A DNA stretch of 63,775 bases, counting the filler. It is 5 parts of 5 records of this genome, joined end to end, with 100 filler letters (N's around TTAATTAATTAA, not from the genome) between each part and the next. Parts side by side here need not be neighbours in the genome. Positions count along the whole stretch, not along the records: positions 32,163 to 49,179 come from SRR20825006_1920; positions 49,280 to 58,284 come from SRR20825006_1927; 3 more parts are not named here. One strand, written 5' to 3'. Positions 43,401 through 53,349 of this stretch are shown piece by piece (the stretch's first letter is position 1; the number at the start of each line of letters is the position of its first letter). Made by a program: the position numbers and the translations under genes. The notes beneath the pieces were generated by a model that worked only from the letters and a program-made list of their open reading frames with translations, ran no database searches and had not been told where the DNA came from.

Positions 43401-46400
43401 TGATGATCGTCAGGTAAGCGCGATCCTCGCCCTCGAGCGCCTCGCGCACCGTGTCTTCATCAGCGAGGACGCGGTACGTCTCCCAATCGACATCCTGGCT
43501 CTGCCAGGATTGCTTGAGGACTTCGAGTTCTCCACCGAGCGCGCGGTCGAAGACGCCATCACGCTCGATATCCGAGTGCATCGCGTCGAGACCTCGCCAT
43601 GCGCCCATGGCAAAGATGGCGTTGGTCTCACCGGAGCAGAATCCAATCGCCGCCTCGGGCTTTATGCCCAACACACCGCGCGTCAGGCGCGCGTGGATCT
43701 GACAAAGGAACGAAGATCCCCAGAGCTTATCGACCGGGGGACGATCGCGGGTCGCGCCGGGTTCATAGATCCAGCCGACCGCTTCCTCGATGTTGGCGAA
43801 CTGCGCCGAGACCTCATCGAGCAGGTCAGGGTGAGCGACCAAAAGCTCGCCGCCCATTTTGGGATATGCTCCGGCGGGGCCTGTGAACACGAGCGATGTC
43901 TCACCATCGAGGTCGCCATGCCCGAGGTAAATCCCTGGCGCGAGCTCTTCGACGATTCCTCGAACCTCATTGTTTCCAGCTCGCGCGGCGAGAGCAGCGA
44001 GGGCTGCCTTCTTCCTCGCCTCATATTCGGAGGCATTGCAAACAACGGAGAGGCGCCAGGGGAGGGCGATATCTTCTGCGTGACGATCCTCTTCGAGCGC
44101 CGTCTGAAGTTGCTCGAGCGAAGACGCCGAGAACAAATGCACGCGATTTGGCGACGTGGGGCGATGTGCACCTGATTTGCCGGAGTAACTGCGCAGCGCG
44201 ATCTCGGCCGACTGCTCTCCGAGCGCTCTGGCGCGCACGCTGGCGACTCGCGAGCGATCCTCGGATAATGAGAACCAGGGTGTCGCGGACTGCTCGGACG
44301 TCGCGGGAAGAAGCGCGTGACGCTGACAGAGCAGGGCGCCTGCGGCGACATGCAGCAATCCAGAAGCCGCGTGGGCGTGCCCGAATGTGGACGTGAGCGA
44401 GCGAGCTTGTTCGCCATCACCGAGGATAACCTCGGCTTCTGCCTCTTCGCCGATGATCGCGATGATATTGTCACCATCGCGCTCGGCATCCTCGAGGCGT
44501 TTGACCACGAGCAACACCGCCGCATCGCCGGAAGTCTGACGATCTTCCGGGAGCACTGCTTTCGCAGCGGCCTCGTGCACAGGATCACAGCAAAGGTCGA
44601 CCGCGCCAACCAGCGCCGCGTCGAGCTCTCCGTGACGTAGCGCCCTGGCGGCGAGTTCGAGCGCGACGATGCCGGATGCCTCCTCGGAGGAGACCGTGTA
44701 GCTCGGTCCCGAGAGGTTGAACTGGCTGTTGAGACGGTTTGCCACGATGTTTGGCATCGTGCCGAGAACACCTGCGGCGACGAGTCCTGACACGACCGAT
44801 TCGCGCGATGCTTCGAGCGTGTCGGCGTTCGACTCGTGCTCGACCATGCGCCAGCGCACGCCGTAGCGCGCGATCTCGCTATCACACTGCATCCCCATGT
44901 AGATGCCCGTGCGCTCGGTCGGCAGGGTGTCGATCTGTTCCTTGATGAGTAAACCTGACTTGAGCGCGAGGAGCTGCTGCCCGAGCGCGTGCTTCAAGTC
45001 ATTAGGCGGGAAGCGTAGATCCTTGACATCAAAAGATATTTCGGAAACCGAGCGCGCGAACGCGCCGCTCGGTGCGCCGAGCAGTGCTTGCTCGAACTGC
45101 TCGAGGTTTTCGCAAGATCCTGCGATGACGCTCGCGCCCACGATCGCGACCGGGCAATCGGTCACGCTGACCACGTCCTCGCCAGCGGCGCCAGGGTAAT
45201 CGATGGTTTGCTCTTTCCACTCCTCGACAAGCAGGTGAGCGTTGTTGCCACCAAAGCCGAAGTTGTTGATGGCCGCGCGACGCAAGCCCTCGACCTCCCA
45301 CGCTTCGTTCGAAGCGATCGGTCTGAACGGCGTCTCGCCGAGCCATTCGATCGGCTCGTCCACGTGAAGCGTGGAGGGGCGAGTTTCGTGCTTCATCGCC
45401 GCCAGCATCTTGAGCAATCCAGCCACGCCCGATGCGGTGATCAGGTGGCCCATGTTCGACTTGAGCGAGCCGATGGGAACATCGTCGATCTGCTCGAAGA
45501 TGCGCGCCATGCTGCGAAGCTCGGTGCCATCTCCGAGAGGCGTGCCGGTCGCGTGGCATTCGACGAGCGTGATGTCTTCGGGCGTCAAGCCTGACATCTC
45601 GTAGGCGTCACGCATCGCGCGCCACTGACCTTCTTCAGAAGGCGTGAGCATCCCGCGACCGCGCCCGTCATTGGAGAGCCCGACGCCGCGAATCACACCA
45701 GCGATGGCGTCTCCGTCGCGCACGGCATCCTCGAGGCGCTTGAGGACCACAAACCCTGCGCCCTCTGCCGGGACGAGGCCATCGGCGCCCTTGTTGAAGG
45801 GGCGCGAGCGACCTGTTTTGCTCATGGCGTTGAGCGCGCAGAAGCCAACATGAAGGAACAGGTCGTCGGCGTGGTTCACGCCACCGGCGAGCATCACATC
45901 GGCGCTTCCTTCCTGGAGACGATCGCACGCGATCTTGATCGCGTAGAGTGAGGATGCGCAGGCGGCATCCAGCGAGAATGAACCACCTCGAAGCCCCAAC
46001 GCCTGCGCGATCAGGTGTGAGGGTAGACCGGACATGTAGCGGTTGTGCGCGTCGATGCGATCGTCCTCACCACGCCACACGGACTCGGCATACTCGGCGA
46101 GTGAACGGGTGGGGTAGGAGAGGTTCCCGAGGATCACTCCGCCGCGATGTGTGTCCTCGCCCTGGATGTTCTTGCCAGCATCGCGCCATGCCTGACGCGC
46201 CGCTTCGAGCGTCCAACGAAAGAGAGGGTCGAGGCCGCGGATAAACGCCTCGTCGAGCAAGAAACCACTCGGATCGAACTGCTCGTCGAAGCCGCGCACG
46301 TAACCGCCGCGCTTTGACCAGGTGCGGTCCATGGTATCGCCATCTGGCGAGGTGCTGATCGCGTCGGGGTCGAGACCCCAGTAAGACTCGGGAGGTTCCC

Positions 46401-46509
46401 CGAGCACGTCGCGACCCTCGAGCACCGAGTTCCAGAGTTGTTGGGGGTCGAGCGCTCCTGGGAGCACACAGCCCTGTCCGACGATGGCGATTGGGGCAAA
46501 GAACTTCAA
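37444..46509 (-). CDS. Myxobacterial-type PUFA synthase Pfa3-like (KS-CLF-AT-FabA DH x2-PKS DH-acyltransferase)
   Basis: KS DAACASS/HATGT/GHL; CLF SSEEASG; AT GFCSG; DH WFFDGHFKNDPCMPG and WFFKAHFFQDPVQPG; WLGDHCP; C-terminal NHEVQIES. Probable TTG start at 46509 after GGAGAGG. Confidence 0.88.
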   Translation of the reverse strand: MKFFAPIAIVGQGCVLPGALDPQQLWNSVLEGRDVLGEPPESYWGLDPDAISTSPDGDTMDRTWSKRGGYVRGFDEQFDPSGFLLDEAFIRGLDPLFRWTLEAARQAWRDAGKNIQGEDTHRGGVILGNLSYPTRSLAEYAESVWRGEDDRIDAHNRYMSGLPSHLIAQALGLRGGSFSLDAACASSLYAIKIACDRLQEGSADVMLAGGVNHADDLFLHVGFCALNAMSKTGRSRPFNKGADGLVPAEGAGFVVLKRLEDAVRDGDAIAGVIRGVGLSNDGRGRGMLTPSEEGQWRAMRDAYEMSGLTPEDITLVECHATGTPLGDGTELRSMARIFEQIDDVPIGSLKSNMGHLITASGVAGLLKMLAAMKHETRPSTLHVDEPIEWLGETPFRPIASNEAWEVEGLRRAAINNFGFGGNNAHLLVEEWKEQTIDYPGAAGEDVVSVTDCPVAIVGASVIAGSCENLEQFEQALLGAPSGAFARSVSEISFDVKDLRFPPNDLKHALGQQLLALKSGLLIKEQIDTLPTERTGIYMGMQCDSEIARYGVRWRMVEHESNADTLEASRESVVSGLVAAGVLGTMPNIVANRLNSQFNLSGPSYTVSSEEASGIVALELAARALRHGELDAALVGAVDLCCDPVHEAAAKAVLPEDRQTSGDAAVLLVVKRLEDAERDGDNIIAIIGEEAEAEVILGDGEQARSLTSTFGHAHAASGLLHVAAGALLCQRHALLPATSEQSATPWFSLSEDRSRVASVRARALGEQSAEIALRSYSGKSGAHRPTSPNRVHLFSASSLEQLQTALEEDRHAEDIALPWRLSVVCNASEYEARKKAALAALAARAGNNEVRGIVEELAPGIYLGHGDLDGETSLVFTGPAGAYPKMGGELLVAHPDLLDEVSAQFANIEEAVGWIYEPGATRDRPPVDKLWGSSFLCQIHARLTRGVLGIKPEAAIGFCSGETNAIFAMGAWRGLDAMHSDIERDGVFDRALGGELEVLKQSWQSQDVDWETYRVLADEDTVREALEGEDRAYLTIINCPGDLVIAGEKEACERVIARIGGHRARSLGYNIVMHCPEARGFEQTWHALHHRPTEPVPGVRFYTHSTLSSYEASADAIADALTGQAMQTVDFPALIRKAWEDGVRVFIEHGPQSGCAQWIRKILGDKPHLAVSLDEYRRTDIEQINHALGKLAAAGLSAQYEKWCAAVTSKDDVASAKPGFQLAFPAHLPAVSLPARSTGRKEQRPENQSSPVRTPMSASSRDNAPYQVMSPAPALPSALQDTSALGQPTPVVLPAQGEVARSSRELPPREVTRGSQVEEAAAPSSSSRVAPVSSAPTQDPSSKVRSVVASQFEHISRMHQQFMAQQQQMQQRFMQTRQNMVHTLISQANQGATAPTAPTARHHEELAVSEVFPVTLIDHVQQQPEQRISARSTPAPAARAPKSEPASPQPSTPVAKTKAPAPKSVKQSKKVPKAHAVKPKSEKRAPVGPTFDYEQIKIHASGKISDIFGPLFEQQDDFPIQVRMPEPPLLLCHRVTGIDCEAGVVGTGSLWCESDIPSDAWFLHADRMPVGIMIESGQADLMLISYMGADFDNRGDRCYRLLGCELTFHGGLPRPGETLAYDIHIDGHAKQNDIRLFFFHYDCEVDGEVRLSVRHGQAGFFTYDELADSKGILWKPSDEDADAIAKTPFADAPALASKRSFSAEEVQAFADGKVYDTFGAGFERAGAHTATPGIQADRMRFMDEVLEFDPHGGPWDRGYLKAVQHISSDDWFFDGHFKNDPCMPGTLMFEGCVQTMAFYMAACGWTIDRDGWVFEPVPEVAYTLRCRGQVTPSSRELIYEVFVREVHDGETPKLFADLLCTVDGLGAFHCARMGLQLVPDWPMDQLIDMNDYEEPKPVASVNGFDLGYDSLLACAWGRPTRAFGEMYAPFDSHRTVARLPGPPYHFISRVTEIDPEAQNAMRSGVDLTVEYDVPADAWYFHENGAAVMPYAVLLEAGLQPCGWLASYVGCALTRDDIDLAFRNLDGTTHHLLEVTPETGTLQTKARLLNIARAAGNIIVSFHVEMFAIDQPGSPKVMEMDTVFGFFPPESLAAQVGVGKKPEFEELFSRQSDMFVDLTARPAPFFDASPQLAQPMMLMIDRFTGWWPEAGAAGLGQARAEKDVDPNEWFFKAHFFQDPVQPGSLGLEALLQLLQVAMIQKGMGEGIEDARFEAIAVDIPMSWKYRGQVVPTNKTISSTLELLEVGEDERGVWAKASGSLWVDGMRIYHASEFGMRIVSGKGDPEPGARIDLGEKADKKAESSELKGAQQTAKAPQLERELTLDPEVDTWLGDHCPTYTRPALPMMSIVDLLAEQALLAAPGFHVSEISNVELRKWVIFDGPLKMRTRAESIEGQPHHYRVALDLWWEAPRQEMSRFDEVASATVRVSDVYDAAPDTLGPLIDARPCDDLYESAQLFHGPTFQVVSSALRGSNGASATLDTTRSGVPVGALNPALLDGALQSIPHDQLQLWWEEAGDDSIAYPHAVEKITVHSVTPHAGNLRAEVRFEGGEGRIARFAIQVFSGDVLWVAIAFSEILMPKGPLGRLEATQRRAFIRDKAYVPGASLSSWDGESSILRVDDVQSSDWFKGTISSIYDLDKGSLQENVARIVAKEHLAGQLAIHPSKLHADLERQEVYHRDLAVTPFPVELEVGSGSVSCRGEVVAAPAIPRLQAWWRERLGVEEGWFGDDLYGGLVDRFVSSVHFQDIDALAALRGRSVLFLGNHEVQIESLLITILASALTDTTVITMANAKHEQGWVGNLIRDIFSYPGCEDPENIVYFQQQDRESMFALLDGLKRSVKERAASIMVHAPGTRAVKAGESVERISSLFLDLAIELDLPIVPVYFDKGLPVEPLQDGKLEFPVGQTGQAYHFGRPILPEELGALEYAKRRAHVLEGINALGPSASRAVPGEPDHAAVTRIEASRSNGMDEINATLFDILSQRAALGEDSRTILSLARGEQEVLDEVGTPRREWLMRIAKRFSS

Positions 46510-46673
46510 AGTCCTCTCCATCCTGGATGGTGGAAGCAATCGACGAGATCTCCATTTGGGAGACCTCGTCAGAGAGCCAGTGCGAGCTTGTTATTGCGGC
46601 GAGGAGAGGCTTATCGATGCCTCTCCTCGCCGCACGTTTTCGTTACTGTGCGACCGGGGAGCGCCCGGTCCCT

Positions 46674-49179
46674 TCAGTTTCCGCGAGAGGTCCCACCGGG
46701 GACGACGTACATCTCGACACCGCGCAAGTCGAGGAGCGGTGCTCCCTGCGCATCCCAGACACGAATATCTGAGATGGTGCGTTGCGAGGATGCCGAACGC
46801 TTGACCAGCTCACAGGTGACCTCTCCCTCGGGGAGCGGGCCATACTGGATGAACTCGGCGACGCGCATCGGCAAGGATTGACCGCCACTGACCTCGAGGC
46901 CCCACAACAGCGCGAGCTGGAGGCAACCGTCGATCAATGCAGCGTCCGTTGCCCAGAAGTCCGAGGGCCACCCCTTGGACTTGAGGCCAACGAGCGTGGC
47001 GCGTGCGCCTTGCTCGCCAACACCTTCGATCGAGCGGAGCACCTGGAATGCCTCGCCGTGGAAGAGCGTGTCGTCGCCGTAGAACTCCTCGGGAGCCCAT
47101 GGCGCCGGAGCGAGGTCACCACTGATTCCAGTGAAATCGAGCGGTGTTCGGTTCCAGTCGATGATCTCTGCGCTCGCCTGATAACGCGGCGTGTCCTTGG
47201 CGTCGACAAGTTTCATGTCGATACCTTTTCCGCCCGCGCCGAGCTCGGCGTGGATGGTAAACGCATCACCCGTGCTCTCGTACCCGCTCAACGCGACCCC
47301 TTTCAAGACCTTGAGGTTCTTGATCTTGACCTGAGTGGTGCCGGGATTGGTCGAGCGAGCCATGCGCACGAACCACTCCAACCCTTGAACCACTGGCAGG
47401 ACAACCTTGCCCTGGATGCAGTGGTCCGCGAGGAAGGGGTGCTTGGTCTGGTTGGTGAATGCATGCCTCACGAGCGCGTCTTGACCGGGCTCGGGGAGCA
47501 GCGAGTTCAAACCACCCGCGACGACACCGCCACCCAGGACAACCTCGCATGCCTCGCTATCTTCTTCGAGCATCTCCGCCGCGAAGGCGCGAGCGCCTGC
47601 GTCGAGGTCGATGAGTTCGACGCCACGTTGCTCGAACATCGCCTTGAGTTGTGGCGAAACCATACCGCCATCCCATGGACCCCAGCCGAGTGATTTAACC
47701 ACGCAGTTGGGGTTGCTGGCGGCGTAAGCGGAGGCGACGCGGTTGAGCACTTCGTTAGCCATGGCGTAATCAGCCTGGCCGACGTTACCCGTGCGGCCTG
47801 CGACCGAGGAGAACATGCAGAGTGCCTCGAGCTCTTCGCCATCGAGCGCGTCGAGCATCGCGCGCAATCCTTCGACCTTCGTGCCAAACACGAGGTCGAA
47901 GTTCTCGAGCGTCTTGCTCGCGAGCAACGCATCTGCCAACACACCCGCGCCGTGCACGAGCGCTGTGATGGCGCCGTACTCCTCGCGAACCTCGTCGAAC
48001 AGCGCGCGGAGCGCGTCGGTGTCACGGACATCCACGGAAGCATACTTGGCGCGCGCTCCAGCGTTCTCGAGCGCCTCGAGCGTCCCGCGAACTTCACGGT
48101 CTGCCTGGATGCGACGCACCCGGCGAGAGAGGTCACGTGGGGTCACCTGCTCGCCGCTCTGCTTTGCCTCCTCGAGCGCGGCGCGCTTGAGCTCGGCTTC
48201 GGTCTCCTTGCCATGGAAGATGGCAGGCTCTGCATCCGCGACGGCGGTGCGACCGAGCAGGACGAACGTCGCGCGGGTTTGACGCGCGAGCTCGATGACG
48301 CTGGCTGCGGTGACGCCGCGGGCACCGCCCGAGACCACCACCACCGAGTGCTTGTTCAACACGCGGCCAGACATCGACGTCGGGCGAGGATAGCTCGCGA
48401 GGCTGTAGCGACCACCATCGATGGTCAAGCCGACCTCGAGCTCGGCGCCGCCGTTCCAGAGTTCATCGACGATCGCTTGCGCCACATCACCTGCTGCGCG
48501 ATCGCCGCGCTCGAGGTCGATGGCGCGCGTGCTGACCGTCGGCCACTCCTTGTTCGCGGTCTTGATAAGACCTGTGAGGCCCGCCATCCATGCGCGCTCG
48601 CCAGCGCCATCGAGGCCGAGTTTCCCGCCCGTGTCTTGCACGGTGACGAAGACGCCCTGGCGCTCCGCGAACCTCGGCGCCATGCGGCATGCCGCATGGA
48701 ACGCCTCGCGGTTGATCGTGACAGCCTGCTCGAAGTCGACATCCTGGCTCATTCCACCGAGCGCGATGACCACATCTGCATCACCTGTGAGATCTTCTGC
48801 CGATTGGACCACGAAGCATTGTGGTCCGAATGTCATGAGCTTGACCGCCAACGCCTGCGCCAGACCGGTTCCGTCGGAGATGATCTCGATGTTGCGCGCT
48901 GTCTCCAGGCCGGGGAGGGCGAGCCCGCTGGCGGGCGCCTCGACGAGCTGGGTGACGTAGCGGCTGACCTCGAGCCTCACATCCGAGACTTCGCCGAGGC
49001 CAACCTCGAACTTCTCCTCGCCGACAAACGTGTAGGTCTCTTCAGCCTCCTCCTTCACAGGAGGCGCCGAGGGCATCGTCTGCGCGATGCCTGGCTTCTC
49101 GCCGCCCGTTGCTTGCGATGCTGCGCCAGACATGTGCTCGACGATTTGTTGCAAGGTCACGAGCTGCGCCATCGCCGAG
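46674..49179 (-). CDS. Pfa2/PfaA-like PUFA synthase subunit, C-terminal part (ACP tail, KR, DH); 5'-partial
   Basis: TLQQIVEHM ACP tail; KR GGARGVT, HGAGVLAD, GQADYAMAN; DH FLADHCIQGKVVLP. Confidence 0.88.
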
Positions 49180-49279
49180 NNNNNNNNNNNNNNNNNNNNN
49201 NNNNNNNNNNNNNNNNNNNNNNNTTAATTAATTAANNNNNNNNNNNNNNNNNNNNNNNNNNNNNNNNNNNNNNNNNNNN
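49180..49279. other. Artificial contig spacer
   Basis: 44 N + TTAATTAATTAA + 44 N. Confidence 0.99.
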
Positions 49280-50013
49280 ATGCGCCAGCCGGTCATCGCA
49301 TAGGCCTTGCTGACGCCGTTTACGATCAGCATCCGATCGAACAGGTCCGGAGCCACCGACGCAAAGGAGATAAATGGCGTATAGGACAGCTGGTCGTAGA
49401 TTTCGTCGACCAGGATCTGGACATGTCGATGCTGTCGCAGCACCTGCGCCAAACCAAGCAGTTCGGCCTCGGTATAGATGGCGCCCGTCGGATTGGACGG
49501 AGAGTTCAGCATGACCCAGCGGGTGCGGGGCGTGATCGCGGCGTCCAGTTGCTGTGCGATGGCGCGAAACCCGTTTCCCATCGCGCAGGGCAGGATGACG
49601 GGGGTGCCGCCGGCAAGCAGGACAATGTCCGAATAGCTGGTCCAGAACGGGGCGGGCATGATGACCTCATCCCCCGGATCAAGGGACGCAAGCATGGCAT
49701 TTGCGAGTACCTGTTTCGCACCAGTGCTGACGATGACCTCGGATCGGGACACTCTTGCCCGGCGCGCGATTTCGTCTCGCAATTCAGGAATCCCGAGGGT
49801 TGGCGGATATTTGGTCTTGCCGTTCAGGGCAGCCGCATGTGCCGCCTCGATGATATGGGCGGGCGTCGGGAAGTCCGGTTCCCCGGTTGAGAGCGCGACA
49901 ATGTCTTTTCCTTCGGCGCGCAGGGACGCGGCTTTCTCGGAAAGCTGGACGATTTCCGAAATCTCCAGGGACTGGATTCTCTGGGCGCGTTGGAATGTCG
50001 AAAAATTCTGCAT
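49280..50013 (-). CDS. Class I PLP-dependent (aspartate-type) aminotransferase, 3'-partial
   Basis: GEPDF, GAKQ, NSPSNPTG, DEIY, SKAYAMTGWR. Confidence 0.9.
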
Positions 50014-50108
50014 TGGCGTAACTCTTGCATGGGACTCTGCACGAAATTGCCGTACCGATGGGTTTGCGAAAAGTGATTTGTATGCACCTACCTTGGAGCT
50101 TTTGTCAC

Positions 50109-51020
50109 ATGTCCATCCCAAGACGTTTTCTTCCGACGATCAGCAGTCTGCGGGCGCTGGAGGCCGTGGACAGGCTGGGAACGGCCGTTGCGGCCGCGGA
50201 GGACCTGAACCTGACGCATTCCGCCGTCAGTCGACAGTTGAAGAGCCTTGAGGAACAGTTGGGCGTGAAATTGCTGCGGCGCGAGGGCAAGGGTCTGAGC
50301 CTTACGATCGCGGGGCGAAGCTATGCGCGTTCGGTCCGGGATTGTCTGGATAACCTGGCGCAGGCCAGCCTGCAGCTTCGTGCGGCGGGCGAACGCTACG
50401 CGCTGAACCTGGCGGTGCCCCTGACCTTTGGGCTGTACTGGCTGGCGCCGCATTTGCAGGCGTTCCTGCAGGACAATCCGACCGTCCACATCAACCAGAC
50501 CACCCGGGACAGCACCTTTGATTTTTCTGCGGAAAACTTCGATGCAGCCGTTCACTTTGGCGTGGCGGACTGGCCCGGCGTCGAGTTTCTGCCGCTTGCC
50601 CGCAATCATATGGTGCCGGTCGCAAGCCCGAACGCGGGATTGCGATTGGACGCCGCGCCACAAGATCTGCTTGAGATGCCGCTGCTGCACCTGACCAGCA
50701 GACCGGGCGCCTGGGAAAGCTGGTTCCTGCAACAGGGCGTGTCTCCGGGCCATTTGCGCGGCGGATTGTTCGATCAGTTTCTGTCGCTTGCCAATGCGGC
50801 GGCGTCGGGGCGTGGGGTCGCGCTTTTGCCCGACTTCCTGACGGAACGAGAGATGCAGGCGGGGCGGTTGGTACAGATGGGGCCCGCTTTCGACGACCCG
50901 GGAAGCCTGTATTATCTGGTCTGGCCGCAGGAGGCAGAGCCTACACGGGCGCTGAAGCTGCTAATCGAATTCCTAAGGGCGCGCAGCGATGTGCCATCCG
51001 GATGCACGACCCAGCCCTGA
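50109..51020 (+). CDS. LysR regulator (GcvA-like)
   Basis: LRALEAVDRLG...AAEDLNLTHSAVSRQL; probable start ATG 50109. Confidence 0.88.
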   Translation: MSIPRRFLPTISSLRALEAVDRLGTAVAAAEDLNLTHSAVSRQLKSLEEQLGVKLLRREGKGLSLTIAGRSYARSVRDCLDNLAQASLQLRAAGERYALNLAVPLTFGLYWLAPHLQAFLQDNPTVHINQTTRDSTFDFSAENFDAAVHFGVADWPGVEFLPLARNHMVPVASPNAGLRLDAAPQDLLEMPLLHLTSRPGAWESWFLQQGVSPGHLRGGLFDQFLSLANAAASGRGVALLPDFLTEREMQAGRLVQMGPAFDDPGSLYYLVWPQEAEPTRALKLLIEFLRARSDVPSGCTTQP

Positions 51021-51286
51021 CCTGCCCGAAGGCGTGATGGCATGTATCCAATTTGCAAGGGGACCTTCGGTACGCGTTGAATCGTCACTTGCCGCAGCGG
51101 GAAGCGCGCTTGACTTCGTCTGGTCCGGTCTTGAGGATATGACGTCCGCTGCCGACAGCCGCATGGCCCTGGTATTAAGGCCGACAATGACCCGGGCCTG
51201 TGATCCGAGGCGCATTCGTCTCTTCTCCGGCTTCGACAATCGAAGCCTTGCTGGTTGCGTGCATCGCTATTTCGGAGGTGTTTCTG

Positions 51287-52294
51287 GTGCATAAGCTTCG
51301 CGAGTTCGTTTCATCCGCGAATTATCTGTTCACTTTCGAGGCGGCAGCACGACGTGGAAACTTCACGGCCGCCGCCAGTGAGCTGAACGTAAGTCAGCCC
51401 GCTGTAAGCAAGGCGATCCGCCAGTTGGAAGAGGGGCTGGGCTTTAAGCTGTTCAGGCGCAACCACTACCATCTGGAACTGACTGCAGAGGGCAAACGGC
51501 TTTATGACGAGGTTGAGAAATCGCTCGACAACCTGCATTACGTCGTTGCCTCGATGCGCCAGACCCCGAAGGAGGACACCGTCAGGGCCACGTTTTCGGC
51601 GTCGTTCCTGCAACTGTGGTTGCTGCCCAGGCTGACGGAGTTCTATGACCTTCATCCGAACGTAAAGCTTTCCCTGGAAGAGAGCACCTATGACGATTTT
51701 GACCTCTTTACGAACGAGGTCGACGTATCGGCACGGCTGGGCGTTGGTAATTGGACAGATGTAGAGTGTTGGAAGTTGGTCCCCGAGCTGATCTTCCCCG
51801 TTGCGCATCCGAGTTATATCGCCTCGAGCGGAGGCGAGATCGGGCTGGAGGAAATTCCGCGCCATCGCCTGCTTCATTTTGCCGAGCGGAACCGGGTGCG
51901 ATACGGTTGGAAGGATTGGCTGTTTGCAAATGGCATCGCGATGTCAAAAGAGAGCCAATCGGTTAACTTCAGTGATGCGCTGAGTTCACTGGGGGCCGCT
52001 GCTTTGGGGCATGGTCTTGCGCTTGGGTGGGCGCATCTGGTGCTGGACCACTTCCTGAGGGGGGATTTGCAGCATGTGAGCAATGCCAAGCTCAGTTCAG
52101 GCAAGCATGTCTATCTGGTGTCCTCGAAAAAGCGTCCTCTCAGCGGCGGAGGCAAGGCTTTTGTCGATTGGCTGCTGCGCCGGATGCGCGAGGACATCGC
52201 ACGGCACCCTGCCTTCTTTGATACGACGACCAAAGAAGTGCAGGGGGTGCGTGGTGAGGCGTTTCGGGCGCAAGCCGGGGATAGCCGATGGTAG
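51287..52294 (+). CDS. LysR regulator (GcvA-like)
   Basis: FEAAARRGNFTAAASELNVSQPAVS, WLLPRL; GGAGG RBS before GTG 51287. Confidence 0.88.
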   Translation: MHKLREFVSSANYLFTFEAAARRGNFTAAASELNVSQPAVSKAIRQLEEGLGFKLFRRNHYHLELTAEGKRLYDEVEKSLDNLHYVVASMRQTPKEDTVRATFSASFLQLWLLPRLTEFYDLHPNVKLSLEESTYDDFDLFTNEVDVSARLGVGNWTDVECWKLVPELIFPVAHPSYIASSGGEIGLEEIPRHRLLHFAERNRVRYGWKDWLFANGIAMSKESQSVNFSDALSSLGAAALGHGLALGWAHLVLDHFLRGDLQHVSNAKLSSGKHVYLVSSKKRPLSGGGKAFVDWLLRRMREDIARHPAFFDTTTKEVQGVRGEAFRAQAGDSRW

Positions 52295-52341
52295 TGGTCC
52301 GTTACACCGCCTGCGACCGGGTAGAATAGAGGCCCCGTCGT

Positions 52342-53226
52342 TCAGCCCATGCGTTCGCTGCAATAGGAATTTGGAGAGGGCGGGAACACGATTGTGCGGC
52401 TGCCGTTCACGAAGGACCGATGGTGGACATGCGCGTGGATGGCACGGGCCAGAACCTGGCTTTCCACATCCCGCCCGAGGGAAACGTAATCCTCCGAGGA
52501 TTGGGCGTGGGTCACCCGAACGATATCCTGTTCGATGATGGGGCCTTCATCCAGATCGGCGGTGACATAGTGAGAGGTTGCGCCGATCAGTTTGACGCCC
52601 CGTTCGAAAGCCTGCTTGTAGGGGTTAGCACCCTTGAAGGACGGCAGGAAGGAGTGGTGGATATTGATGATCCTGCCTGACATCTTCTGGCACATCTCGT
52701 CCGAAAGTATCTGCATGTAGCGCGCCAGCACGATCAGCTCTGCATCGGCGTCTTCCACGACCTTCAGGATCTCTGCTTCGGCCTGCGGCTTGTTGTCCTT
52801 GGTGACCTTGATGCAATGAAAGTGAATGTCGTTGTTCACGACAACCTTCTGATAGTCCATGTGGTTGGAAATGACGGCCACGATGTTGATCGGCAGGGCA
52901 CCGATGCGCCATCGATACAGCAGGTCGTTCAGGCAATGGCCGAACCGGCTTACCATGATCACGACCTTCATTTTCTCACTTTCATCGTGAACCGCCCAGG
53001 TCATCGAGAAACCCTCTGCGACCTTGCCGATCTCATTGGACAGGGCATTGATTGCGGTATCCCCGACCAGCTCGAAGGTCATGCGCATGAAAAAGCTCTC
53101 GGTCGCGCGGTCTTCATACTGGGCCGTGTCGGTGATGTTGGCAGAGTTCCGAGCCAGGCAACCCGTGATTGCGGCGATGATCCCGGGTTGGGAGACGCAG
53201 GAAACGGTAAGGCAATATGTCTTCAT
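52342..53226 (-). CDS. purU: Formyltetrahydrofolate deformylase
   Basis: ACT domain, SRFGHCLNDLL, LARYMQIL, INIHHSFLPSFKGANPY, LDEGPII. Confidence 0.95.
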   Translation of the reverse strand: MKTYCLTVSCVSQPGIIAAITGCLARNSANITDTAQYEDRATESFFMRMTFELVGDTAINALSNEIGKVAEGFSMTWAVHDESEKMKVVIMVSRFGHCLNDLLYRWRIGALPINIVAVISNHMDYQKVVVNNDIHFHCIKVTKDNKPQAEAEILKVVEDADAELIVLARYMQILSDEMCQKMSGRIINIHHSFLPSFKGANPYKQAFERGVKLIGATSHYVTADLDEGPIIEQDIVRVTHAQSSEDYVSLGRDVESQVLARAIHAHVHHRSFVNGSRTIVFPPSPNSYCSERMG

Positions 53227-53349
53227 GTCAGTTCATTTATGTCTTTGCGGCTGTGCGCCGTCTGCGCTGTGAGGGCGTCCAGGGTGTTCTGAAAGCAGGT
53301 CGGTGATTGTCATGTGCCCCACAGCAGCGGCGGTGCGCATGTCGGACCC

